Shown here piece by piece: positions 1 to 10,687 of a DNA stretch of 64,000 nt. The stretch is from positions 2,976,001 through 3,040,000 of the forward strand of contig NZ_JAQNDL010000001.1 in assembly GCF_028368995.1 (NCBI RefSeq). Direction: 5' to 3'. The stretch is from Nannocystis bainbridge (GTDB lineage: Bacteria > Myxococcota_A > Polyangia > Nannocystales > Nannocystaceae). Position 1 is the stretch's first letter, and each line of letters starts with the position of its first letter. The notes beneath the pieces were generated by a model. It had not been told where the DNA came from. It did not search any database and saw only the letters and a list, made by a program, of their open reading frames with translations. The position numbers were made by a program, and so were the translations under genes.

Positions 1-409
1 CGAGCGGGCGGACGCGCAGCTGCACCCCCGGCGCCGCCGCCGACACGCGGGCCAGCAGCGGCGGCAGCAGCACCGCCTCGATGTAGTCGGTGCTGGCGAG
101 CACGAACTCGCGGCGGCTGGTGCCCGGGTCGAAGCGGGCCGGCCCGCTCAGCAGCGCGCCGACGTCGCGCAGGGCGGCCCGCAGCGGGACCAGCAGCTGT
201 TCACCGCGGGCAGTCGGGATCATCCCGCCGCGGGTGCGGACCAGCAGCTCGTCGCCGAAGGTCGCGCGCAGGCGCGCCAGAGCGTGACTCGTGGCGGAGG
301 CGGTGAGCCCCAGCCGCGCGCCCGCCCGCGTCACGCTGCGCTCGCTGAGCAGGGCCTCGAGCGCGACCAGCAGGTTGAGGTCCACGCCCTGTAGTTGCAC
401 GCCATGCAT
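1..409 (-). CDS. LysR-family transcriptional regulator (N-terminal part; runs off the window)
   Basis: Manual translation from ATG 409: MHGVQLQGVDLNLLVALEALLSERSVTRAGARLGLTASATSHALARLRATFGDELLVR, a typical LysR HTH. Divergent from an SDR gene. Confidence 0.9.
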   Translation of the reverse strand, partial: MHGVQLQGVDLNLLVALEALLSERSVTRAGARLGLTASATSHALARLRATFGDELLVRTRGGMIPTARGEQLLVPLRAALRDVGALLSGPARFDPGTSRREFVLASTDYIEAVLLPPLLARVSAAAPGVQLRVRPL

Positions 410-477
410 CCTATCATGAAAACGATGCGCTTGCTGCAACTCCGGGCGAGGCGCACGATGTCGGCCGAGGACGAGAC

Positions 478-1206
478 ATGAGCAAGCGAATCATCCTGAT
501 CACCGGGGCGAACAAGGGCATCGGCTTGGAGACGGCGCGGCAGCTGGCGCGCGAGGGCCACACCGTGATCGTCGCGGCGCGCGACGGGGCCAAGGCCGAG
601 GGCGCGGTCGCCGAGCTCGCCCGCGACGGGCTCAAGGCCGAGGCCGTCACGCTCGACGTGACCGACGCGGCGTCGATCGCCCGCGCGGCCGAGCAGGTCG
701 GGAGCCGCCACGGCAAGCTCGACACGCTGATCAACAACGCCGGCGTCGTCAACGAGCCGTGGGGCACCACCACCAGCCAGACCACGCTCGCGCAGTGGCG
801 CGACACCTTCGAGGCCAACGTGTTCGGCCTGGTCGCGGTGACGCAGGCGTTCCTGCCGCTGGTCCGCAAGAGCGAGGCCGGCCGGATCGTCAACGTCAGC
901 AGCATCCTCGGCTCGCTGACCCTCCACGCCGAGCCGTCGTCGCCGATCTACGACATGAAGTCGGTGGCCTACGACTCCTCGAAGTCGGCCGTCAACCAGT
1001 ACACGATCCACCTGGCCCACGAGCTGCGCGACACCACCATCAAGGTCAACTCGGCCCACCCCGGGTGGGTCAAGACCGACCTCGGCGGGGAGCAGGCGCC
1101 GATGGAGGTCGAGGACGGCGCGAAGACCAGCGTGTGGCTGGCGACCCTGCCGGCCGACGGCCCGACCGGCGGCTTCTTCCACATGCACGACCGGCTGCCC
1201 TGGTAG
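478..1206 (+). CDS. Short-chain dehydrogenase/reductase (carbonyl reductase-like)
   Basis: TGANKGIG, NNAG, YDSSK catalytic motif and HPGWVKTD. Confidence 0.92.
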   Translation: MSKRIILITGANKGIGLETARQLAREGHTVIVAARDGAKAEGAVAELARDGLKAEAVTLDVTDAASIARAAEQVGSRHGKLDTLINNAGVVNEPWGTTTSQTTLAQWRDTFEANVFGLVAVTQAFLPLVRKSEAGRIVNVSSILGSLTLHAEPSSPIYDMKSVAYDSSKSAVNQYTIHLAHELRDTTIKVNSAHPGWVKTDLGGEQAPMEVEDGAKTSVWLATLPADGPTGGFFHMHDRLPW

Positions 1207-1208
1207 GC

Positions 1209-1264
1209 TGGCTATCGGGACATGCTTGAAGGGACATGCCCAGGCGGGCATGTCCCTTCGGCAA
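1209..1264. repeat. Four phased 14-bp TGTC-N6-GACA-type units; also folds as a hairpin (possible terminator)
   Basis: TGGC-TATCGG-GACA|TGCT-TGAAGG-GACA|TGCC-CAGGCG-GGCA|TGTC-CCTTCG-GCAA. Confidence 0.8.
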
Positions 1265-1408
1265 TTCCTGGACGGATGCTTGTGCGTGCTGCCGACCAGG
1301 GTCGCGAGCGCGATCCCGCTCGGCCGCGGTGAATGCGGTTTATCGCGAGGCGCGATAATTTTCTCGTGCTCCTCGGATCACGGGCCCTCGTCGAGGCACA
1401 CAACCTAC

Positions 1409-4400
1409 GTGACCCACCGCCCCGCCGAGCCTGACCGCGCTCCATCCACGTCGCTCTCCTCGGTGATGCGCGCGGCTCGGGACCGACTGCTCGACCGGCT
1501 CGACGCGCTCCCGCATGCCGCGGACGAGCCGGCTCCGGCAGCGTGGCAGGAGCACGAGGAACGCTACCAGTTCGGCGCGCCGTTCGCGGCCGGCGGGCTT
1601 GGCGTAATCCGCAGGGCTTACGATCGGCGACTCCGACGCGTCGTCGCTGTGAAAGAGCTGCGCAGCGGCGATCCCGCGGCCGCGCGTCGGTTCGAGCTCG
1701 AGGCAGCGATCACCGCCCGCCTCGAGCACCCGGCGATCGTACCGCTCTACGACGTCGGCCGGTCGGCCGACGGCGAGCCCTACTACTGCATGAAGCTGGT
1801 CGACGGTGATTCGCTTGAGCAGTTGCTCGGCGAACAGACGACGCTGGCCGGTCGTCTCGTGCTGCTCGAGCACCTGCTCACGGTCGCCGACGCGATCGCC
1901 TACGCGCACGACCACGGGGTGATTCACCGCGATCTCAAGCCTTCCAATATCCTGGTAGGAGCGCATGGTGAGACGGTGGTGATCGACTGGGGGCTGGCCA
2001 AGGATACCCGCGGCGAGGTGTCAGCCGAGCTCGTCGCCTCGCAGCAGACCGAAGCGCCGGAGGACGCCACGCTGACCGACGCTGGCACCATCGTCGGCAC
2101 GCCTCGTTACATGCCGCCGGAGCAGGCCCGCGGCGAGAAGGTCGACGCCCGCAGCGACGTGTTCTCGCTCGGAGCGGTGCTTTTCCACCTGCTCGTCGGT
2201 CGCCCGCCCTTCGCCGGACTCGAGCGGCAAGCGGTGCTGCACCGCCTGGCCGACGACGCGCTCGAAGACCCCCGCCCGCTCGCCGCCGCCGCGCCGCTCG
2301 AGCTGTTGGCGGTCGTACAAAAGGCCATGTCTCCGCGGCCAGGCGACCGCTACCCGGGGGCGCAGGCGTTCGCGGCCGACCTCCGCCGCTTTCTCACCGG
2401 TCGGTTGGTCGACGCGCACCATTACCGGACCGACGAATTGCTGCGCCTGTGGCTGCGTCGCCATAGCGGCGCGGCGACGGTGGCCGCCCTGGCGCTGATC
2501 ACCCTGGCCGCGACGACGCTGATGTACTTACGAGCGGTCGGCGAGCAGCGTGACCGGGCCGAACTGGCGCGCGCGGAGTCCGAACGTCGAGCCACCGGCG
2601 CCGCACTCGCGCAGGCCCGCGCGGCGCTCGGCGAAGATCTGGTGGAGTCGCTCGCGCTGCTGCGACCCCTCGACCTGGCCGCGCCGGCCGACCTCCGCAG
2701 CGCGCGTCTGATCGCCCTTGCCGCCGCGGCGCGAGGCGCTCCCGATCGCGTGCTGCGCGGGCACGTGCGATCGGTCGGGCACCTGGCCGCGCTCGCAGAC
2801 GGCGGGCTGGTCAGCATCGACGGCGGCGGGGCGGTATGGCGATGGAACTTCGGGACAGGTTCCGGAAGACAGATCGTCGACCTCGCTTCGCACTCGGGGA
2901 CCGTGATCGCAGCCGCCGAGGCGCCGGTGTGGGCGGCGCTGGCCGACGAGCGTGCGCTGGTGTTTCGCGGTGACGAGCCGCCGGAGCCGATCGAGCTCGC
3001 GCCGCTCGGGCAGATCAACTTCTCGAACCGGACGCACCGTTGGGAGCTTTCGCGCGGCGGCGAGACGCTGGCGGCCCTGCAGACCATCAACCGCGTCGAG
3101 GGGCGAGAGTTCGCGTCGGCATATCTGTGGGACCTGCGGCAGCAGCCCGCGCGTCGGGTCGAGCCGGCGCTCGCGGGCGTGTACGACGTGGTGATGAGCC
3201 CCGACGGGCAGACTCTAGCGCTCTTTGACCTCCTGCACGGTTCGCTGCTCCAGCGCGACGGTGCCACCACGCTGCTGCCCGAGCTCGGCGGCTGGCGGCG
3301 GTTCTCGCCGAAAGGCGACCTCCTGGTCGGCAGCAGCGGCTCGCTCGACCTCGCCTCCGGAACGCGCCGGGAGCACGAGGGCAGGCTGCTCGCGGTCACG
3401 CCTGACGACCGCGCCCTCGTGTTGCGGCCGTCCGGACGGACATGGGCCTCGCCGGAGGATCAGCGGCTCGCCCTGATCGACCTGCGGACCGGCACCGAAG
3501 TTTGGGAGACCGACTTGCAACCATCGCGCGAGCTCCGTGGTTCGCTGTGGGAACAGGGTGGCGGTCTCGTGACCACCCCGCGCGGTGATCGCTTCGCGCT
3601 GCGGTACCAACACAACTGGATCCTGGGGTCGATGACGACCGGCAAGGTGCTGCGGATCCTCGAGGTCGGCGACGCCACGCGCGCGACGTTCCTCGCCGAC
3701 GGCAGCTTCGTCGCGGTCCACCATCACGACTTGTGGCTGTGGGATCCCGAGCCATTGTCTGGACCGATAGGCAGCACGTGGATCGCCGCCGCGCCCGATG
3801 GTCAGCACATATTGGTGACAGCGAGGGACGACGAACCCCTGCACGTCCTCGCTCGCGCCGACGCGAGCACCCGACCGCTCGGTTGCCCGGTCGACCCCGA
3901 GGCATGGAAGCGCCGCGCCTGGTTGACTGCCGTCGTGCTCGATGAGCGCGGACGCGTGCTGGCGCGGACCGCCGAGGGCGGGGCGTGCCTGCAGGACGAG
4001 ACTGGCGCCACGCGCACCCTCGCGGTCGACGGCACGATCACGACGGTCGCTCTGTCGCGGCGCAGCGAAAGTTTCGCCGTCGGGCTCGAGGATGGGCGCG
4101 TCCTCCTCTACGGCCGTGCCGACGCCCCGCTGTCGCAATGGCAGCTCGTGGGGCCGCTGGAGCGGCTGTGGGCGCTGACGGGCGGCGCGGACCTCATCGC
4201 TGCGACCCGCGAGGGCCAGGTGTTCGCGCTGCGTTCAGGGCTGGCCGCGCCGCTGTCGCTGGGCACCCTGCGCGAGCCGCAGGAAGTCAGTGCGATCGCC
4301 GTCGCGTCGCACCCGACCAGCGCGACCGCGGTGCTCGGGCTACCGCGCGCCGATCGACTGCTGTTCTACGCCGGCGGCGAGATCACGTCCCGCCCGGCCG

Positions 4401-4822
4401 TCCTTCTGAAGCCGAACCTCGCGTACAGCCCGAGCGGCGCCCGGGCGGCGATCACCCTGGCCGACCGCCGCCTGCTGGTCGTGACCGGCGCGGACGATCC
4501 GGGCCGCGAGATCGCCCTGCCGGAAGGTCACGACATCGACCCGTGGCCGGCGAGGCTCTCCGGGACTCGCGCGCTGCAATTCGTCGACGAGGACACGATC
4601 GAGGCGTTCAGCGACTCGTCGTGGCGGGTCCGGGTCGACCTCGAGCTCGGCGAGGCCTTCGTGATCGAGCACGAGACCTCGCTCGGCTCGCTCGGCCTCG
4701 GGCTGCGAGCGCCCGATGCTGCCGAGCTGTTGCGCGAGCTAGGTGCCCGTTATGAAGTGATCGACCCTGTCCCGAGGGACAGGCTTGAATTCGCGGCGTG
4801 GCTCGCCGCGCGTACCCGCTGA
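1409..4822 (+). CDS. Ser/Thr protein kinase with a TM segment and C-terminal WD40/beta-propeller repeats
   Basis: VAVK, HRDLKPSN, DWGLAK, GTPRYMPPEQ and SDVFSLG; hydrophobic helix; LRGH...W repeats. GTG start at 1409 is an estimate. Confidence 0.88.
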   Translation: MTHRPAEPDRAPSTSLSSVMRAARDRLLDRLDALPHAADEPAPAAWQEHEERYQFGAPFAAGGLGVIRRAYDRRLRRVVAVKELRSGDPAAARRFELEAAITARLEHPAIVPLYDVGRSADGEPYYCMKLVDGDSLEQLLGEQTTLAGRLVLLEHLLTVADAIAYAHDHGVIHRDLKPSNILVGAHGETVVIDWGLAKDTRGEVSAELVASQQTEAPEDATLTDAGTIVGTPRYMPPEQARGEKVDARSDVFSLGAVLFHLLVGRPPFAGLERQAVLHRLADDALEDPRPLAAAAPLELLAVVQKAMSPRPGDRYPGAQAFAADLRRFLTGRLVDAHHYRTDELLRLWLRRHSGAATVAALALITLAATTLMYLRAVGEQRDRAELARAESERRATGAALAQARAALGEDLVESLALLRPLDLAAPADLRSARLIALAAAARGAPDRVLRGHVRSVGHLAALADGGLVSIDGGGAVWRWNFGTGSGRQIVDLASHSGTVIAAAEAPVWAALADERALVFRGDEPPEPIELAPLGQINFSNRTHRWELSRGGETLAALQTINRVEGREFASAYLWDLRQQPARRVEPALAGVYDVVMSPDGQTLALFDLLHGSLLQRDGATTLLPELGGWRRFSPKGDLLVGSSGSLDLASGTRREHEGRLLAVTPDDRALVLRPSGRTWASPEDQRLALIDLRTGTEVWETDLQPSRELRGSLWEQGGGLVTTPRGDRFALRYQHNWILGSMTTGKVLRILEVGDATRATFLADGSFVAVHHHDLWLWDPEPLSGPIGSTWIAAAPDGQHILVTARDDEPLHVLARADASTRPLGCPVDPEAWKRRAWLTAVVLDERGRVLARTAEGGACLQDETGATRTLAVDGTITTVALSRRSESFAVGLEDGRVLLYGRADAPLSQWQLVGPLERLWALTGGADLIAATREGQVFALRSGLAAPLSLGTLREPQEVSAIAVASHPTSATAVLGLPRADRLLFYAGGEITSRPAVLLKPNLAYSPSGARAAITLADRRLLVVTGADDPGREIALPEGHDIDPWPARLSGTRALQFVDEDTIEAFSDSSWRVRVDLELGEAFVIEHETSLGSLGLGLRAPDAAELLRELGARYEVIDPVPRDRLEFAAWLAARTR

Positions 4823-4910
4823 GATCGAGCTCCTCGACAGCGCACGTGCGACCGCCAAGTCGCGCGCGGGCAGCCGTGGGCCGAGCGAGGATGAAAAGGA
4901 GTTGAATGAC

Positions 4911-6281
4911 ATGCAGCGAATGAATGGAGCATTGATGGTGTGGCTCATATCGGCGTGCGTCGATCGACCGATCGATCAGACCACGGAGACAGGCTCTTCA
5001 GGACAGGGCGGTTCGTCGAGCACGACGCACTCGACCGGTACGGGCGATCCACCGGTGCCGACGACCGGCGAGACGCCGCCTGTCGATCCGACGACCTCGA
5101 GCTCGGGCGAACCGCTCACGAGCTCGTCCACCGGCGACCCAGAACCGGCCTGCGGCGACGGTCACACGGACGCAGGGGAGATCTGCGACGACGGCAACGC
5201 GGTCGACGGCGACGGCTGCAACGTCGACTGCGACATCTCGGGACGACTCTTGTGGGAGCGGTTGTCGGGCGCGACCGGGCGCGACACCTACCACGACGTG
5301 GCCGCGCTCGCTGACGGCCGGATCTTCCTCGGTGGCGCCGTGCATCCGGCGGGCGGTACGCAAGATCGCTGGCTGCTCGGCCTCGACGCTTCGGGGACGC
5401 CGCAGTGGGAGCGCCGCCTCGACGCCGGCGACGCGATCGAGCGGATCCTGGCGGTCGCCGCCGACGAGGACGGAGTATACGCAGCCGGCTCGTTCACCGA
5501 CGACGACGGCCACGACCTGTGGATCGGCCGCTTCACGCTCGAGGGCGGGGCTCTGTGGGAAGCGACGGTTAGCTCGGGCTTCGGCCCCGATCACGCGAGC
5601 GACCTGACACTGCTGCCGTCTGGCGGCGTGATCGCGGCCGGTCTCCTCGCCACTGACGAAGGGCCGTCGCTGTGGCTGCGCAGCTACTCGCCAGCGGGGC
5701 AAGTGCAGTGGACGCAGACCCTGACGCCCACGTCGACCGTCGAATACCCGCTCGGGCCAGGCCTTGTGGCCTCTCACGAGCAGATCGTCGCCGGCTTCGG
5801 CGACGCCGACGGCACTGCCCTCTTGATCGGCGCGTCACTCGTCGACGGCAAGCCCTCGTGGGTGCACACCGCGGCGAGCAATACCGCGATCTTCGGCGTC
5901 GCGCTCCTGGCCGACAGTGACGTCGCCACGACCGGCCGCCGGCTCGGCGAGGAGCTGTTCGTCGGTCGCCACGTCGTCGGCGGGGCGCAGACGTGGACCT
6001 CCAGCGCTTGTCTCGGATCGATGGGCCACGCGGTCGCCGTCGACGCACACGACGACATCGTGGTCGTCGGCGTCACCCACGCCGAACCAGACCGCGATGT
6101 GCGGCTCTGCAAGTTCTCGTCAGTCGGCGAACTCCGGTGGTCGCAAGCGATCGCAAGCGCGTTCGGCGACGACTCCGGGCACGCGCTGACGATCGTCGAG
6201 GGCGAGCAGATCCTCGTCGCTGGCGAGCGCGACATCGGCGGCGGACAGACCGACGGCTGGCTGGCTATGTTCGCGCCGTGA
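4911..6281 (+). CDS. Putative lipoprotein with Thr/Ser linker, myxobacterial Cys-rich repeat and beta-propeller-like C-terminus
   Basis: LISAC lipobox-like motif, CGDGHTDAGEICDDGNAVDGDGCNVDC repeat, repeated G..LW motifs. Confidence 0.8.
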   Translation: MQRMNGALMVWLISACVDRPIDQTTETGSSGQGGSSSTTHSTGTGDPPVPTTGETPPVDPTTSSSGEPLTSSSTGDPEPACGDGHTDAGEICDDGNAVDGDGCNVDCDISGRLLWERLSGATGRDTYHDVAALADGRIFLGGAVHPAGGTQDRWLLGLDASGTPQWERRLDAGDAIERILAVAADEDGVYAAGSFTDDDGHDLWIGRFTLEGGALWEATVSSGFGPDHASDLTLLPSGGVIAAGLLATDEGPSLWLRSYSPAGQVQWTQTLTPTSTVEYPLGPGLVASHEQIVAGFGDADGTALLIGASLVDGKPSWVHTAASNTAIFGVALLADSDVATTGRRLGEELFVGRHVVGGAQTWTSSACLGSMGHAVAVDAHDDIVVVGVTHAEPDRDVRLCKFSSVGELRWSQAIASAFGDDSGHALTIVEGEQILVAGERDIGGGQTDGWLAMFAP

Positions 6282-6293
6282 CGACTCGCCGAA

Positions 6294-6392
6294 TGCACCG
6301 AAGGACATGCTCCAAGGAGCATGTCCTTCGCGCCAGGCCCCGTGACAGCCCGCGAAACGCGAAAAGGGACATGCCCCAAAGAGCATGTCCCT
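6294..6392. repeat. TGTC-N6-GACA-type unit cluster (two hairpins) between convergent genes
   Basis: TGCA-CCGAAG-GACA|TGCT-CCAAGG-AGCA|TGTC-CTTCGC-GCCA, then GACA|TGCC-CCAAAG-AGCA|TGTC. Confidence 0.75.
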
Positions 6393-6412
6393 CACCTCAG
6401 GCGCCGGGTGCT

Positions 6413-7864
6413 TCAGCGGATGAAGCCGTTCTCGTCGCGGCGGCGCAGGAACGCCGGGATCTCGCTCGGGTCGCTGCCGACGGCCGGGGGCTCGAGGCGC
6501 TGCGACTGGCGCAGGCCCTGCTGCTGCTGCGGGTGCACCGGCTGCTGCTGCTGCGGGTGAACCTGCTGCTGCGGGTGCACCTGCTGCTGCGGGTGCGCCT
6601 GCGGGGCGCTCGGCTGGCCGATCACGCCCGAGCGGCTCATGCTCGACGAGCTGGCCGAAGGGACAGGCACCGAGGTGGCGCGCTCGTGGATGCCGAGGCG
6701 GTCGGCCATCGACTGGCGCAGGCTGCTGGAGCTCTGCTGCGGCTGCGGCGCAGGCTGCTGCTGGACGGCCGCGAACATCGGGTTCTGCTGCAGGGGCTGC
6801 GCGCTCGGCATGCCGAACGGGACCTGGACCTGCGAGCGCCGCTTGCCCGGCGGGCTGGTCATGGTCGAGCGGATGACCTGCTCGAGCTCGTCCTCGGCCG
6901 GCGCGTGGCGGTCGAAGCCGGTGGCGATGACGGTGATGCGCAGCGCGTCGCCCATGTTGTGGTCGATGACGGCGCCGAAGATGATGTTGCAGTCCTCGTG
7001 GGCGGCCTCTTGAATGAGAGAGGCGGCCTCCTCGACCTCGTGGAGCTTGAGGTCGGGACCGGCGGTGATGTTGATGAGGATGCCCTGGGCGCCGTGGATC
7101 GTGACGTCCTCGAGCAGCGGCGAGCTGATCGCCTGCTGGGCGGCCGCGAGGGCGCGACCCTCGTCGTGGCCGATGCCCATGCCCATCAGCGCGCGGCCCT
7201 GGCCGGACATGATGGTGCGCACGTCGGCGAAGTCGACGTTGATGATGCCCGGCACGGTGATGAGGTCCGACACGCCCTGGGTGGCGTGCTGCAGCACCTC
7301 GTCGGCCAGACGGAAGCTGTCGAGCAGGCTGGTGTTCGAGCTGGTGACCTGCAGCAGGCGGTCGTTCGGGATCGTGATGAGGGTGTCGACGGCCTGCTCG
7401 AGCTTGTCGATGCCGGCGTCGGCGAACCGCAGGCGGCGCTTGCCCTCGAAGCGGAACGGCTTGGTGACGACGCCGACGGTCAGCGCGCCCATCTCACGGG
7501 CGATCTGCGCGATGATCGGCGCAGCTCCGGTGCCGGTCCCGCCGCCCATGCCCGCCGTCACGAACACCATGTCGGCGCCTCGCAGCGCCTCGGCGATCTC
7601 TTCGACGCTCTCGAGCGCGGCCTCGCGGCCCTTCTCCGGGTTGGCGCCCGCCCCGAGCCCGCGCGTGACGTCCTTGCCGAGCTGGATCACGGTCGGGGCC
7701 ATGCTCTTCTCGAGCGCCTGCACGTCGGTGTTCGCCGTGTAGAACTCGACGCCCTCGACCTTGTTCGTGATCATCGTGTTGACGGCGTTGCCTCCTGCCC
7801 CGCCGACGCCGATGACCTTGATCTTCGCCTGTTGAACGATTTCCTCGAGTTCGAACTGCGCCAT
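6413..7864 (-). CDS. ftsZ: Cell division protein FtsZ
   Basis: [30 protein letters not shown] tubulin signature, NVDFADV and C-terminal EIPAFLRR peptide. Confidence 0.97.
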   Translation of the reverse strand: MAQFELEEIVQQAKIKVIGVGGAGGNAVNTMITNKVEGVEFYTANTDVQALEKSMAPTVIQLGKDVTRGLGAGANPEKGREAALESVEEIAEALRGADMVFVTAGMGGGTGTGAAPIIAQIAREMGALTVGVVTKPFRFEGKRRLRFADAGIDKLEQAVDTLITIPNDRLLQVTSSNTSLLDSFRLADEVLQHATQGVSDLITVPGIINVDFADVRTIMSGQGRALMGMGIGHDEGRALAAAQQAISSPLLEDVTIHGAQGILINITAGPDLKLHEVEEAASLIQEAAHEDCNIIFGAVIDHNMGDALRITVIATGFDRHAPAEDELEQVIRSTMTSPPGKRRSQVQVPFGMPSAQPLQQNPMFAAVQQQPAPQPQQSSSSLRQSMADRLGIHERATSVPVPSASSSSMSRSGVIGQPSAPQAHPQQQVHPQQQVHPQQQQPVHPQQQQGLRQSQRLEPPAVGSDPSEIPAFLRRRDENGFIR

Positions 7865-8742
7865 ACTGCCTGCCCACTTTCCCGCCAGCCTGCTGGCCTG
7901 ACGGTCATGTGCTTCGCTTCGCACTACGCAGTTATCCGAGCCGATCGCTCATTGCAAAAAATTTGTGTTCTTCACGAGGGCATGTAGTCGGGTGTAGGTC
8001 CGACTCACACTCTCGCAAACCGGGCCCTGGCAGCCGAGCGGCGGCGAATCCACGGCGACGATCCTCCCGCAGGGCGTACGGCCACCCTCGCGGGTCCGCG
8101 GCCGGTATGTCTCATGGGACAGGTTTTCCCTTCGAATCGTGCAGCCGGGCCCGCCGCCCGCGTGCCCGGCTCGAGGCCCTCGATCACATCGGATCGTCGC
8201 GGATCGTTTTTCAGGGAGATCGGACGCGCCCCCCGCTCGCGACCGACGAAGTCGGCTGTCCTCGCGGACAGGACCGGTGCTCAGGCTTTCAGGTCCCGAT
8301 CACAGCACTCCGATCGATCGGCCAGGGCCGGGAGCGCAGCAGGCGCGACGACCATGCCCGAGCCCGATCGACGGAGCAAATTTCGGGCCTGAAGACCCCG
8401 ATCCGCCAAATTGTCGCGGTCCGGCGATCCACACATGCGGATCGGGGCACCAGTCCCCGGGGACAGCTCGGCGATTGGCCGCGAAGGCCCGGAAAGCGCC
8501 CCTGAGGGCCACCAGGAGCCCGTTGCGCGTCGATTCGGGAGGGCCCAGAGGCCGCAGGCCGACCAGGCGGTCTCCGCGAGCGATCGGCGATGGGCCGGGA
8601 GAGCGATCGATGATTCGCCCGCGTGCGGCGGAGGACCGATCGGCGAATGGCCCGGGCGCCCGCGATCGGTCCCGAAGGACAGATCGGCGATTGGCGGGCA
8701 CGCGGCCGCTGCCCGATCGGCGATTCGCGCCGCGGCCACGAA

Positions 8743-9594
8743 TCAGCGCAGGGCAGCCCGCATGGCGGCGACGACTTCGGGAGCGAGCGAGCGGCCGAGC
8801 CACAGCGCCTCGGCGAACACGCCCTGCCACAGCAACATCTCGAGGCCGTCCTGGACCCGGGCGCCGGCCGCCTCGGCGCGGTCGAGCAGGCCGCCCGCCG
8901 GCCGCGGGTAGACGATGTCGACGACGCGAGCGCCAGGGGCGAGACCGGCGACCAGGGCGGTCGCGGGCGCCGGGTAGTCGGTCGGGCCGTGGGCCATGCC
9001 GACGGTGGTGCAGTTGACGAGGAGGTCGACCGCCGCGCCGCCGCCGATGGCGTCCCAGCCGACGGCGACGACAGGCCCGCCCGCCGGCAGACCGGCCGCC
9101 AGCGCGGCAGGATCGCGGCTGACCCATCGGACATGTCCTCCGGGACCGAGCAGCTCGCCGGCGATGGCGTCGACGACGGCCCGCGCGGCGCCACCTGACC
9201 CGAGGACCATGGCCTGCTGGACATGTCCCGAAGACATCTCGCGGACGGCGGCCGCGAAGCCGCGCCCGTCGGTGTTGTGGCCGACGATCGCGCCGCCTGT
9301 GAAGACGAGGGTGTTGACGGCGCCGATCCGCCGCGCCTCGGGGCCGAGGCGGTCGCACAGGGCCAGGGCGGCCTGCTTGTGCGGGACCGTGAGGTTGAGC
9401 CCGCCGAAGCCGAGCGCCCGGGCGCCGTTCACGGCCTCGGCCAGGCGCTCGGGCGCGACGTGAAAGGCGAGGTAGCGGTGCGGCAGGCCGAGCGCCGCGA
9501 ACGCGGCGGCGTGCATGGCCGGCGAGCGCGAGTGCGCGACCGGATCGCCGAGCACGCCGAAGCACTTCGTTAGCTCACCGCCGTCGGTCGTCAT
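8743..9594 (-). CDS. aroE: Shikimate dehydrogenase
   Basis: GDPVAHSRSPAMH, NLTVPHK, GAVNT, GHNTDG, GSGGAARA and DGLEMLLWQG. Confidence 0.93.
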   Translation of the reverse strand: MTTDGGELTKCFGVLGDPVAHSRSPAMHAAAFAALGLPHRYLAFHVAPERLAEAVNGARALGFGGLNLTVPHKQAALALCDRLGPEARRIGAVNTLVFTGGAIVGHNTDGRGFAAAVREMSSGHVQQAMVLGSGGAARAVVDAIAGELLGPGGHVRWVSRDPAALAAGLPAGGPVVAVGWDAIGGGAAVDLLVNCTTVGMAHGPTDYPAPATALVAGLAPGARVVDIVYPRPAGGLLDRAEAAGARVQDGLEMLLWQGVFAEALWLGRSLAPEVVAAMRAALR

Positions 9595-9706
9595 CACCGC
9601 GCAGGATACCGCGAACGCACGCGACCGGCCGCCGCTGCGCGGACGCTCGCAAGGGACGCCACGCCCCTCGCGGCGCTCGCGCCCGCAGCATCCTGTAGGA
9701 TGACGC

Positions 9707-10432
9707 ATGAGCACGATCCGGGTCACCTTCGTCGACGCCGCCGACAACTCCGTGTTCGGGGAGGCCGACGTGCCGGCGGAGCACCTGCCGGAGTCGTTCA
9801 CCACGGCGACGACGATGCGCCTGGGCGACGGCGAGTGGCAGGTGGAGCAGGCCGACCCGGCCGAGCGCCACGAGTTCTTGGCCAGCGGCCGGCTGCGGCT
9901 GGTGTTGCACGAGATCCAGTGGGTCGACCCCAAGACGATCCTGTTCACCCTGCCGACGCTCGAGGACACGATGCCGCGGCTGCTCGACGAGCCGGCCGAC
10001 GGCTTCAGCATGCACGAGGACGACTGGCGCCAGCGCGAGCTGGTGTCGATCGCGTTCATGCCGGAGATCGAGGCCGAGCTGGCGGCGATCCGGGCGGTGC
10101 TCGCGGCTCCCACGGGCGGCGGGTTCGCCAACCTGCACGTGCGCGAGCGGATCGCCGAACCTCTGCGCGATACGGGCCTCGTGCTGGCAGAATTGCAGCT
10201 CGCGTTCGGTCAGCCGCCGCGGCGCGACCTGGGACTCGGCGGCCTGCGCGTGGCCGACGGGTTCGTGTTCCTGCCCATGGAAGCGCCGGTCTACGGCCAC
10301 GAGCACGAGGGCCGGGTGGCGGCGCTCGGGATCGTCGACGAGCTGCCACCAGCGCTGGCCGAGCTGGCGCGGCGACGCGAGCTCGTGCTGGTCGACTGGT
10401 GCGCAGCGACGGTCACCGAGCCAGGCCAGTGA
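9707..10432 (+). CDS. Hypothetical protein
   Basis: Clean GC3-biased ORF with globular composition (LPESF, MHEDDWRQ motifs). Confidence 0.75.
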   Translation: MSTIRVTFVDAADNSVFGEADVPAEHLPESFTTATTMRLGDGEWQVEQADPAERHEFLASGRLRLVLHEIQWVDPKTILFTLPTLEDTMPRLLDEPADGFSMHEDDWRQRELVSIAFMPEIEAELAAIRAVLAAPTGGGFANLHVRERIAEPLRDTGLVLAELQLAFGQPPRRDLGLGGLRVADGFVFLPMEAPVYGHEHEGRVAALGIVDELPPALAELARRRELVLVDWCAATVTEPGQ

Positions 10433-10551
10433 GGCGTGAGCCGTGAGGGCGCTGGCCCGCCCGGGCGCCTCCGCGATCGCGCATCCACGTGCCGCCTCGC
10501 GAGTCGTCCGCGGACATCACGATCAGCGTGACTGGCCACCTCGGCGTGGCC

Positions 10552-10646
10552 CGAACGAGCACGACGCGTCATCGTGACGCGCTGGCGATCGCGAACGAGC
10601 ACGACGCTTCATCGTGACGCGCTGGCGATCGCGAACGAGGACGACG
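10552..10646. repeat. 40-bp tandem repeat, about 2.4 copies, intergenic
   Basis: CGAACGAGCACGACGC(G/T)TCATCGTGACGCGCTGGCGATCG at 10552 and 10592, partial at 10632. Confidence 0.85.
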
Positions 10647-10687
10647 GCCGGCGGGCCACGTCCTCGTCCCCTCGTGGAAACCGCCGT

